Positions 52,564 to 62,482 of a stretch of 64,000 nucleotides of DNA are shown here, piece by piece. Origin of the DNA: Laetmonice hystrix (taxonomy: Eukaryota); contig OZ249436.1 in NCBI GenBank assembly GCA_965235115.1, positions 3,164,001-3,228,000 of the forward strand, given 5' to 3'. The notes beneath the pieces are model-generated. The model made no database searches, had not been told where the DNA came from, and saw nothing but the letters and a program-made list of their open reading frames with translations. Every line of letters starts with the position of its first letter. Position 1 is the first letter of the stretch. Both the position numbers and the translations under genes were made by a program.

Positions 52564-53655
52564 ATGGACGGATTTCTTCCAGAACCGGTGTTGGCTTACT
52601 TGCGATCTGCCAACAGTTTGGGATTCACCTTGAACTGGACAATCTCCAGCACACAGGACAAGAAATCGGTACTTCTCGAGTGGATTTCCCCATCGGAGAA
52701 GCGTTCCAGTGGACCAGCAAGTTGCAGTCAGAAGTCTCCCAGCAGACGGAGACGAGACGGCAAACGCTACCAGGCATGGATGAATGAGCAGAGGACAAGT
52801 GGACCAGCAGCCAGGACTTATAAGGTCCACCAAAGTGAGGAATTAGACCGAAAGCAGCCAACACATGTAAAACCGACGCAGAAACGGACAAACGACAAAC
52901 GCACACCAAGAAGGGCTGAAAGTGATCCCTCCCGACAAAACCAAGACCTTCGTCCTGAAGTTTGTGCTGCTTCACTGCAACCCATTAAGGCAACATCTAG
53001 TTCTACTCAAACCAGCAAACAAGAAAGTAATTCCCGTGTCACACAAACAACTGGCAGTGTGAAGTCGAGCTCAGCTCAAACGGTCAGACCGCCAATGTCA
53101 GCCAATGACGCGACTCAGACCGAGCAGTTAGACTCAGCCAGTGTGCCAACACAAACTTGGATCATCAGATGTGACATGGGTACCCAAACAGGACAAGAGA
53201 ATCAAGCAACGTCACGGATAGATCCATGGTATCCGGTGTGTGAAGAAACCAAGCTTCCCGATATTTCATTTCATGACCGACTAATAGCTACAAGACAGAA
53301 TCCACAGAAACTACCCAAACTGAAGATCTTGCCGGAAAGTAACAAACCAGGGAAAAACATGATGATCAAAGTCAACATGTTCTATGGTTCCCTCCTATAT
53401 ACAATAGATGCCCCTGTGTCGATGTCCATTCCAGTCGTCCTTGCAGACTTTGCATGGGAAGAGATAACTGACAGAGGGGAGAAACCTATTCCTGAGCAAA
53501 AGAAGATGTACCTTCTCACAAAGTTCAGAGGAGATCACTACGTGATACCTGAGAATGTACAGTTCAGGGACATTGTGCAGTTTAAAAGACATCACAATTT
53601 CTCAGTGACACTATTCCTGTATGATAAACGCAAAAGGACATACTCTTTTGGATGA
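52564..53655 (+). CDS. Uncharacterised 363-aa LTR-element protein (basic KSPSRRRRD motif, TQT-motif array, possible ubiquitin-like C-terminus)
   Basis: Uninterrupted ORF filling the internal region; first ATG in ACCATGG context; no CCHC knuckle, protease, RT or integrase motif visible. Confidence 0.75.
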   Translation: MDGFLPEPVLAYLRSANSLGFTLNWTISSTQDKKSVLLEWISPSEKRSSGPASCSQKSPSRRRRDGKRYQAWMNEQRTSGPAARTYKVHQSEELDRKQPTHVKPTQKRTNDKRTPRRAESDPSRQNQDLRPEVCAASLQPIKATSSSTQTSKQESNSRVTQTTGSVKSSSAQTVRPPMSANDATQTEQLDSASVPTQTWIIRCDMGTQTGQENQATSRIDPWYPVCEETKLPDISFHDRLIATRQNPQKLPKLKILPESNKPGKNMMIKVNMFYGSLLYTIDAPVSMSIPVVLADFAWEEITDRGEKPIPEQKKMYLLTKFRGDHYVIPENVQFRDIVQFKRHHNFSVTLFLYDKRKRTYSFG

Positions 53656-53757
53656 CCCTCCACAAAACGATAAAAATGTTGGTATATTTCTATGTGTGCA
53701 TTGTATAGCCAAATTTTATATATAAGAGCCGGGACGTCTCTTTTAAAGAAAGGGGAA

Positions 53758-54369
53758 GATATCGTACAGATATTTTACAGCTGCTTATAGACATTACTTG
53801 ATAACATTTCTGCAAACCTCCTTCGTTTTAAACTTTAATGTGCCTCTAGCTTTAATCTTGAGTCATGCTAACAGCAATCTAGACAGTGTATGCCGAAAGG
53901 ACATTGTGTTCTCACATGGTGTGGATGGCAGCTTTGATACCAGAATTGGTCTAACAATAGTAGCAGGACATCTATAGGCGCCCAATTAGAGAACCTTAAT
54001 TCCCCGTGTTTTAGCACCTGTTTGATGCAGCGTCCAGCGTCAATGTGTCCGTTTCACAACTGACTATTCCATCTCCTCTATATCTTTGTTCAGTCAAGCG
54101 TATTCAGTCCTTTGAGTCTGGCAACAAGATAATTTCAGTACAAGCAGGCTGCCCACTAAGGGCTTGGGCCAATAGCTGGTCAGGGTTATTTTGTTCTATT
54201 TTATTGGTCGGTTTGGGACCAGCCATTTTCCTTATATACTGATGTTATACCTTGAAACCTCACTTGGAGTTTTGGAATCGGAAATAAACAACCATCGTTA
54301 AACAACCAGGCTCCGTCCTTCTGCCCAGCAGTCTTCTGAAGGTCGTGGGCATACCAAATCCTGACGACA
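53758..54369 (+). repeat. 3' LTR
   Basis: Copy of 51849-52460, directly after the polypurine tract. Confidence 0.9.
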
Positions 54370-54469
54370 TTAGCCATATTCCACTTCTGTCTCATTGTGA
54401 GTTATCAGTAAATTAGGAATAATTAACGAGGAACAAATAAGCGCAGTTCAGGACAGTTTGAAATGACTG

Positions 54470-54683
54470 TTTCATGTTTGTGTACCATTGTGTACATGTT
54501 TGTGTACATGTTTGTGCACATGTTTGTGCACATGTCTGTGCACATGTTTGTGCACATGTTTGTGTACATGTTTGTGTACATGTTTGTGTACATGTTTGTG
54601 CACATGTTTGTGCACATGTTTGTGCACATGTTTGTGTACATGTTTGTGTACATGTTTGTGTACATGTTTGTGTACATGTTTGT
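54470..54683. repeat. Short tandem repeat (CATGTTTGTGYA)n
   Basis: 12-bp unit x~17. Confidence 0.93.
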
Positions 54684-55080
54684 GGGACACGCATCACCGA
54701 GATGACAGTAAGACATGATGTATTGTGGCTTTGTTCTACCTGCCCAGTCCATGCGAGGTTACCACTCTCACCTCACCATGGACAGTCACCACCTCAGCCG
54801 CGCTGTTAGGAGAAACGGATATCTGGGTCTATTTGTTTAGAAAGGAAATCTGAAACCCGTATTTTGTTATGATATCAGAGTAATTGGGCAAATGGTCACT
54901 AAACCATACTGTTATCTCCGTGCCGGTGAAATCCCAGCTGTGAGAGATATTATTGAGGCGAAGTGATGGCACCGGTGTAATGGCACCGATGTGGTGGCAC
55001 CTGGGTGATGGCACCCGTGTGATGGCACCCGTGTGATGTGAACGTGGCCCATCCTTTATACTGGAGTGGGCATCTTTGTC

Positions 55081-56491
55081 TGAACATGACCACAGTCCAC
55101 GGCTCTCAGTCTGTGTGAACATGACCACAGTCCACGGCTCTCAGTCTGTGTGAACATGACCACAGTCCATGGCTCTCAGTCTGTGTGAACTTTACCTAAG
55201 TCCACGGCTCTCAGTCTGTGTGAACGTTACCTAAATCTACGGCTCTCAGTCTGTGTGAACGTTACCTAGGTCCACGGCTCTCAGTCTGTGTGAACATGAC
55301 GACAGTCCACGGCTCTCAGTCTGTGTGAACGTTACCTAGGTCCACGGCTCTCAGTCTGTGTGAACGTTACCTAGGTCCACGGTTCTCAGTCTGTGTGAAC
55401 GTTACCTAAGTCCACGGTCTCAGTCTGTGTGAACATTACCTAAGTCCTCGGCTCTCAGTCTCTGTGAACGTTACCTAAGTCCACGACTCTCAGTCTGTGT
55501 GAACGTTACCTCAGTCCACGGCTCTAAGTCTGTGTGAACGTTACCTAAGTTGAAGACTCTCAGTCTGTGTGAACATGACCACAGTTCACGGCTCTCCGTC
55601 TGTGTGAACGTTACCTAAGTCCACGGCTCTCAGTCTGTGTGAACGTTACCTCAGTCCACGGCTCTAAGTCTGTGTGAACGTTACCTAAGTTGACGGCTCT
55701 CAGTCTGTGTGAACATGACCGCAGTCCACGGCTCTCAGTCTGTGTGAACGTTACCTAAGTCCACGGTTCTCAGTCTTTGTGAACGTTACCTAAGTCCACG
55801 GTTCTCAGTCTGTGTGAACGTTACCTAAGTCCACGATTCTCAGTCTGTGTGAACGTTACCTAGGTCCACGGCTCTCAGTCTGTGTGAACGTTACCTAGGT
55901 CCACGGCTCTCAGTCTGTGTGAACGTTACCTAGGTCCACGGTTCTCAGTCTGTGTAAACGTTACCTAGGTCCACGGCTCTCAGTCTGTGTGAACGTTACC
56001 TAAGTCCACGGCTCTCAGTCTGTGTGAACGTTACCTAAGTCCACGGCTCTCAGTCTGTGTGAACGTTACCTAAGTCCACGGCTCTCAGTCTGTGTGAACG
56101 TTACCTAGGTCCACGGCTCTCAGTCCGTGTGAACGTTACCTAAATCTACGGCTCTCAGTCTGTGTGAACATGACGACAGTCCACGGCTCTCAGTCTGTGT
56201 GAACGTTACCTAGGTCCACGGCTCTCAGTCTGTGTGAACGTTAGCTAAGTCCACGGCTCTCTCTGTGTGAACATGACCACAGTCCACGGCTCTCAGTCTG
56301 TGTGAACGTTACCTAAGTCCACGGCTCTCTCTGTGTGAACATGACCACAGTCCACGGCTCTCAGTCTGTGTGAACATGACCACAGTTCACGGCTGTCAGT
56401 CTGTGTGAACGTTACCTAAGTCCACGGCTCTCAGTCTGTGTGAACGTTACCTAAGTCCACGGCTCTCAGTCTGTGTGAACGTTACCTAAGT
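55081..56491. repeat. Minisatellite, 35-bp unit x~40, two interspersed variants
   Basis: TGAAC(GTTACCTA/ATGACCAC)AGTCCACGGCTCTCAGTCTGTG. Confidence 0.96.
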
Positions 56492-56629
56492 CTCCCCCAC
56501 CCCGGCGTGCCCTCCCCCAGGGAGCCGGGCGGTCGCCGTGGGCGGCCGTGACTGACCCATGTCTTTGTGTGCCGAGGCGGACGGCCCTCATAATGAAGGG
56601 TAACTTGTAACCTGACAGAAGGCACTGAT

Positions 56630-56876
56630 AACAGAGCAAGACCTGAGGCAGGTCAGTAGTTATCTAACAGAGCAAGACCTGAGGCAGGTCAGTAGTTATC
56701 TAACCACCCACACGGGCCCCCTGAACACCGCAAGAACAGAGCAAGACCTGAGCCAGGTCAGTAGTTATCTAACCATCCACACGGGCCCCCTGAACACCCT
56801 GAACACCGCAAGAACAGAGCAAGACCTGAGCCAGGTCAGTAGTTATCTAACCACCCACACGGGCCCCCTGAACACC
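56630..56876. repeat. Composite tandem repeat
   Basis: AACAGAGCAAGACCTGAG.CAGGTCAGTAGTTATCTAAC x4 with variable extension. Confidence 0.8.
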
Positions 56877-56926
56877 CGGCACTCCGGCGGCTATTTACGG
56901 CACAGATCGCCTCTAATCTTCACTCC

Positions 56927-57176
56927 CAGTCTGATCTATAACCACTGTCAACTCAAACAGTCAAACAGTCTGAGCTATAACCACTGTCAACTCAAACAGC
57001 CAAGCAGTCTGATCTATAACCACTGTCAACTCAAACAGTCAAACAGTCTGATCTATAACCACTGTCAACTCAAACAGCCAAGCTTATCTTCTATCACCAC
57101 TGTCAACTCAAACAGTCAAACAGTCTGATCTATCACCACTGTCAACTCAAACAGCCAAGCTTATCTTCTATCACCA
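56927..57176. repeat. Minisatellite, 39-bp unit x~6
   Basis: CAGTCTGATCTATAACCACTGTCAACTCAAACAGTCAAA repeated. Confidence 0.88.
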
Positions 57177-57582
57177 AACTTACTTTCTTTCAAGGGGTGA
57201 TGACACACTAGACTACTTAATTTAAAACATCACTATGTTTATGTGGTTTCTTTTTATCTTTAAAGTTTTTAAGATTGTGGTTATTCCCAACTTGTATTTT
57301 AAAAACTGGGTAAATGATGATGACATATAATAACGTCATCTAAGCGAATCCCTGACCGGCATGCCGTCGTCAACCTTGACAGGGTAACATTTTGAGGTGA
57401 GGTTGAAGGGGTTAGCATGAGGTCAACCTTGGAATGAGGTCAAACTGACCTCCCGTTGCCATCTGTTGTGATCTGGTTGGAGAACCTTTAACCCCGAGTT
57501 CATCCAGAACTAGGTGGAAACCAGCGCACTGGTCAAAACTGGTCAAAAATTTAATTTTTTTACTCCTGTTTTCAGCGATGTT

Positions 57583-57837
57583 AATTGCAGGATATGACCT
57601 CTATGGTCATAGGAACAATGTGTGAAAAGGGCAGGGCCATACCTGTTACGCGTGAATGAACCTCAATTACATGAAAAATGACGCGTTTTAAAAATAACAA
57701 GATGGCTCACCAAGGCGTCAACAGTGAATGTCACTGGTAGTGTGGGTCATACACTACAACTGAGTACATACTGAACGATGCCACGATTGTGCTTTTCACG
57801 CATTGTACCTATGATATAAAGGTCATATCCTATAATA
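57583..57837. mobile_element. MITE (~250 bp) with ~40-bp imperfect TIRs
   Basis: AGGATATGACCTCTATGGTCATAGGAACAATGTGTGAAAAG / CTTTTCACGCATTGTACCTATGATATAAAGGTCATATCCT. Confidence 0.65.
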
Positions 57838-58029
57838 AAGTCCATATAAAGTTACATGGCATTGTGGTGGATACTTTAGAAAATATGACCAATTATTTAG
57901 GGGGAAACTTACTTTTGTTGAGGTACAATTCGCGAAGAGGCCATCGTATTCAAACCAAGGTTGAATGAAGACTAATATGTCGGATTCATTACAACTGTTT
58001 CCCTGGAGATCTTCGATTAGACGCTGGTG

Positions 58030-58805
58030 AGGGTGGGGTGTGGGTGGCCGGGGGGTGGGGGTGGCCGGGGGTGGGGGTTAATTAACAGGTGGGTGGTAGG
58101 ATCAAGGTAGTACAGGTGAGAAATGAGACACACACACCTGCCCTTACACACACGCTGTGGTAAAGTGGTATTACCACAAATACCAAAATGTGAGACGAGA
58201 ACTAGGTTAGCGAGAGGGGTGGGGGTGGCCGGGGGTGTGTGGGTGGCGGGGGGGGGGGGGTGGCCGGGGGGGGGGGGTTAATTAACAGGTGGGTGGTAGG
58301 ATCAAGGTAGTACAGGTGAGAAATGAGACACACACACCTGACCTTACACACACGCTGTGGTAAAGTGGTATTACCACAAATACCAAAATGTGAGACGAGA
58401 ACTAGGTTAGCGAGAGGGGTGGGGGTGGCCGGGGGTGTGTGGGTGGCGGGGGGGGGGGGGGGGTGGCCGGGGGGGGGGGTTAATTAACAGGTGGGTGGTA
58501 GGATCAAGGTAGTACAGGTGAGAAATGAGACACACACACCTGACCTTACACACACGCTGTGGTAAAGTGGTATTACCATAAATACCAAAATGTGAGACGA
58601 GAACTAGGTTAGCGAGAGGGGTGGGGGTGGCCGGGGGGTGTGGGTGGCCGGGGGGGGGGGTGGCCGGGGGTGGGGGTTAATTAACAGGTGGGTGGTAGGA
58701 TCAAGGTAGTACAGGTGAGAAATGAGACACACACACCTGACCTTACACACACACGTTGTGGTAAAGTGGTATTACCACAAATACCAAAATGTGAGACGAG
58801 AACTA
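58030..58805. repeat. Tandem repeat, ~200-bp unit x4 with G-tracts
   Basis: TTAATTAACAGGTGGGTGGTAGG... at ~58078, 58278, 58480 and 58677. Confidence 0.92.
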
Positions 58806-58813
58806 TTCCCTCT

Positions 58814-58969
58814 AAATGTTTGGGCAGTGGTTGCGGTTAAGGTCCGGGATAGGGATATGTTTTTGGGAGGTGTAGGGACCGGGGTTAGGGGTTAGGGATA
58901 AGGTCAGGGCCATGGATCTTTACTTTCCACCAAATTTCGTGGGGTTTAAGTTATCATGGGCGATGTACC
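58814..58969. mobile_element. Inverted copy of the 43712-43884 interspersed element
   Basis: Reverse complement matches CCCCACGAAATTTGGTGGAAAGTAAAGATCCATGGCCCTGACC...CCTCCCAAAAACATATCCC. Confidence 0.7.
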
Positions 58970-60577
58970 ACTGTAACAGTGGAAGAGAAAGAGAGACGTG
59001 CCTGAATATGTAGGATACATGAGTACAGTGCTATTGTTGTCTTCGTCCCTCACCCAGCACCGACCGGGCAGGTTGTAGATTAACAACCTTTCCAACCGGC
59101 TGATTACATTAGACAGGTCGAGGCATTGTTCGTAATAATATCATGATGTCGTATTGATTTAATTAAAGCACTCATAATGTGTCCCGATGAAGGTCTGTAG
59201 AAACCAGACCAGATGGTTAATCTGTGCGTATCTGGATCTGTGGATACCTTGGGTATAGACCAAACGTTCATCTCGGGTCACAATCTGGGACTGCAGGCTC
59301 TGTGACCTTTGACCTTGGACGGTATAATTGATAAGACCTCAGACCCGTTTCTCCTTGCTGATGGCGCGAGTGATACTCTCAGCTTCTTACGTGTTAATTG
59401 GAAATTAGATTTCAATTTCAAAAGAAACTCCTGTACTGATGATGACCTTGAAAAGACTGTTCCAATATTACGTTTACTCACTCCGCGCCCTATATTAGGC
59501 AAAGGTAGAAAGAAGATGATCACTTGCCAATTCTCTTTGACCTCAGAAAGACAGATGTAATTGGTGGAACTATAGATCAAGGCCCAGTTTGTAAAAACTA
59601 CTTCTGAATGGCTGGTTACAGCAGACTAGCCAATCAGAAAGTTTATGCTAATGCAAGATCATAAGTTTTTTAAAACTGGACCCAGTTGTTGAGTTTGGGT
59701 TGAGAACGCCCAGAGTACACGTGGGGTGATTAATGTGTGTGTCCGCATCATCACCATGGTGATTATAATAACTGAATATGTGTACACAACATTCTGTTTG
59801 CTAAGTCCACCCAAACAAGTGTATTTAACAGTGTTTCGATTCTGCAGTAGCTAAACAGGAATATTTACCTGCATACAGATCCTCAGTGTTCCTTTACCGG
59901 CCTTGTCCTTTGAAAACCATTGAGGGAATGGGAATCAGGCATGTGGAAAATTATGCTGCTGATGTGCTTTGTCAAAGCCAGAAAAGGGTTAGTGTTAGTG
60001 ATAGATGGCAAGAATTTATAACATGTTCAAAGGGGTTCAGTTACCTGTACATCTATGTCGCTAGGAGAACAGGGGAACCGCCTAAAAACGTCGGGTACCT
60101 GGTTAATGTTAGTCAGGGCAAGAAAGGGATGACAACTCGTCTAATCTAGGGGGTCAGGGGGCATGCTCCCCCAGAAATTGTGTGTATTCTGGGCGTCAAA
60201 TCGTGCATTCTGAGGGTCTACCTAAGGCAGGGAGGGTGAAATGTGACACTTTTAGCACTGGAAAAAAAGTCATTTAAACACAAAAGTCAGATACTTTAAG
60301 TAACAGAAATCTGGGGAATGAGAGACGAGGCATGACCTGCCTCAATGCGTTTTACGGCACTGTTAGTGTTTTATTGTATTCTACAGAACAAAACTCTTGT
60401 TGGGTTAGCAAATGATGGTAAATGATGTAAAAAGCTTCCTTAAAAACAATATGCAAGAATGACACTGCTGCTAAAATATAAATAAGGGATAAAAAAATAA
60501 ATAAATAAAATAAAAAATATAAACAAGGAATAAATCTGCATCTCTATTTCAAAAGATCAAAGAAAATCTGCCTTTTA

Positions 60578-60822
60578 GAAACACATTAATGTAACATAAT
60601 GTATGTAACACATTAATGTAACATAATGTATGTAACACATTAATGTAACATAATGTATGTAACACATTAATGTAACATCATGTATGTAACACATTAATGT
60701 AACATCATGTATGTAACACATTAATGTAACATAATGTATGTAACACATTAATGTAACATCATGTATGTAACACATTAATGTAACATCATGTATGTAACAC
60801 ATTAATGTAACATCATGTATGT
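60578..60822. repeat. Minisatellite, 27-bp unit x~9
   Basis: AACACATTAATGTAACATMATGTATGT repeated. Confidence 0.93.
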
Positions 60823-61830
60823 AGTCAGTAAATGGCCACACATCATGTGACTGTGCCCTGTAAAAACACATGAAATATGGAGTGAGAATGGAAGCCTGGT
60901 TTGTCGCCACATTGATTTGTCCATGGTAAACTGGTCTACTACGTCTACTACACAGGCTGTGTGATATGGACCGTAGGATGAGGAAACAAACATTTGGCTG
61001 CCTGGAGTTTACCTTGTGTCGCGGCCAGTCAAATAGCCGGCCCTGCATGACGAACAATACTTGCTCTACATGTTGACCCTCATGATGCTAGAAGTAGGGC
61101 TTGTAGACATGATAGTGGCCAAGTCGGCAGCACTGTGCCAGGGATGGGGGATGGGTAATGAATCATATTTCAAATTATTACTCTAATTACTGAGCTGGTA
61201 TAGTATTGGGGCACCATACACATTCATCGTACATTGAAATAGCACGTGTGAATTAAAGGTATCTGGTTTCCCACAAATTGTATATAAAACTAAAATTAGA
61301 AGGTATATTAATAGTTGGAGGAATGTAATTTGAAGGATCCTTGCTGCTGGCTACTGGCCTCTGGTATACACTGACCCAGTTTTAAATTCAATCAATAATC
61401 GATTATTTTATGGAAAGGCGGCGGTGAAGCAGCATCAACAACTATTAATAATCTGCCAGACTGGGCTAGAGTTAGTCCCACGGGAGTAGCTCAATGTAAG
61501 CAGTGTATAGGCACCATCCGTCCCTATATCATGCAGCATTTCCAATAAAAACTTGACATGTGAGAGATATGAGGCTTTGTTGAATTCAGTTTTTCTTCAT
61601 GAATCAGTGCTGGGGAATAACGTCGTGTTGGTCAGGATATATCATACTCTTGGTATTTTAAAATGGTGATGAATTTTCGTTGTTTTAATGAATAAGTGAA
61701 TAAAAAGAAAATGTTAAGTTTTTTCCCCTCACCTGGTTGTACTTGCGATGAATACATAAGAAAGATCCAAGGTAAAGATGTGTACAAGATTCATCAAATA
61801 AAGTATGTTGAATTTATTCTGCTGTTACAG

Positions 61831-62026
61831 TGATGTCAACTACTTGTCATCAACTGCTCCACCGGCTGCATCTGAATGGCAGAGTCTGCTGCGGCCATTA
61901 CGAGGTCGCGAACCAGAGGGTATGTGGAACCTCCTGTCGATCGTTCGTGAGATGTTCCGGAGAAACGACAGTAATGCTATCCCTCTCCTGGAGATTCTTA
62001 CGGAGGAAGTTCTTACGTGTGAACAG
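61831..62026 (+). CDS. ZSWIM8: ZSWIM8 coding exon 8
   Basis: DVNYLSSTAPPAASEWQSLLRPLRGREPEGMWNLLSIVREMFRRNDSNAIPLLEILTEEVLTCEQ; phase continues exon 7. Confidence 0.95.
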
Positions 62027-62360
62027 GTAAGGGGTATCGTGTTTCTTACGGAATCGTGGAGATCGCTCACATTTCTCAAGTTCTTACGTGTGAACAGGTA
62101 GGGGTATCGTGTTTCTTACGGAATCGTGGAGATCGCTCACATTTCTCAAGTTCTTACGTGTGAACAGGTAGGGGTATCGTGTTTCTTACGGAATCGTGGA
62201 GATCGCTCACATTTCTCAAGTTCTTACGTGTGAACAGGTAGGGGTATCGTGTTTCTTACGGAATCGTGGAGATCGCTCACATTTCTCAAGTTCTTACGTG
62301 TGAACAGGTAGGGGTATCGTGTTTCTTACGGAATCGTGGAGATCACTCAGGTTTCTCAAG
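62007..62360. repeat. Tandem repeat, 70-bp unit x5, containing the exon 8 end and donor
   Basis: AAGTTCTTACGTGTGAACAG|GTAGGGGTATCGTG...; donor-like GT at 62027, 62098, 62168, 62238 and 62308. Confidence 0.95.
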
Positions 62361-62365
62361 TCATA

Positions 62366-62482
62366 TTGTCATCATTCACATTGTCTTATGCCCAATTTCC
62401 ACCGGATGCAAGCGAGCGATTTGCGACACCCACTCGCTCTCGCGTCCAGTGGAAATCGGGCATAAGTCGTGAATGATGACAA
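62366..62482. mobile_element. 117-bp foldback hairpin (MITE-like)
   Basis: TTGTCATCATTCAC..CTTATGCCC.ATTTCCAC.GGA / TCC.GTGGAAAT.GGGCATAAG..GTGAATGATGACAA. Confidence 0.65.

Larger units (their letters stand above)
51849..54369 (+). mobile_element. Young non-autonomous LTR retroelement (2.5 kb) with a single non-gag/pol ORF
   Basis: Two apparently identical 612-bp direct repeats (51849-52460, 53758-54369) ending in CA; PBS-like TGGTGGAG at 52463; purine tract AAAGAAAGGGGAAGA at 53745-53759; CCAAT, TATATA (52324) and AATAAA (52374) inside the LTR. Confidence 0.88.

Noticed and set aside
54413..54809. His-rich and Cys-rich ORFs (HKHV, CTCL)
   Set aside because: 12-bp microsatellite open in all six frames
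49688..56491. Regular arrays as CRISPR candidates
   Set aside because: No unique spacers and no cas genes; spliceosomal introns show the DNA is eukaryotic
59170..59530. Possible decayed Penelope-like fragment (LPNIG...RKKLRVSLAPS) and hammerhead-like CCGATGA-stem
   Set aside because: Similarity is weak, the GAAA core is absent, and the two signals lie on opposite strands
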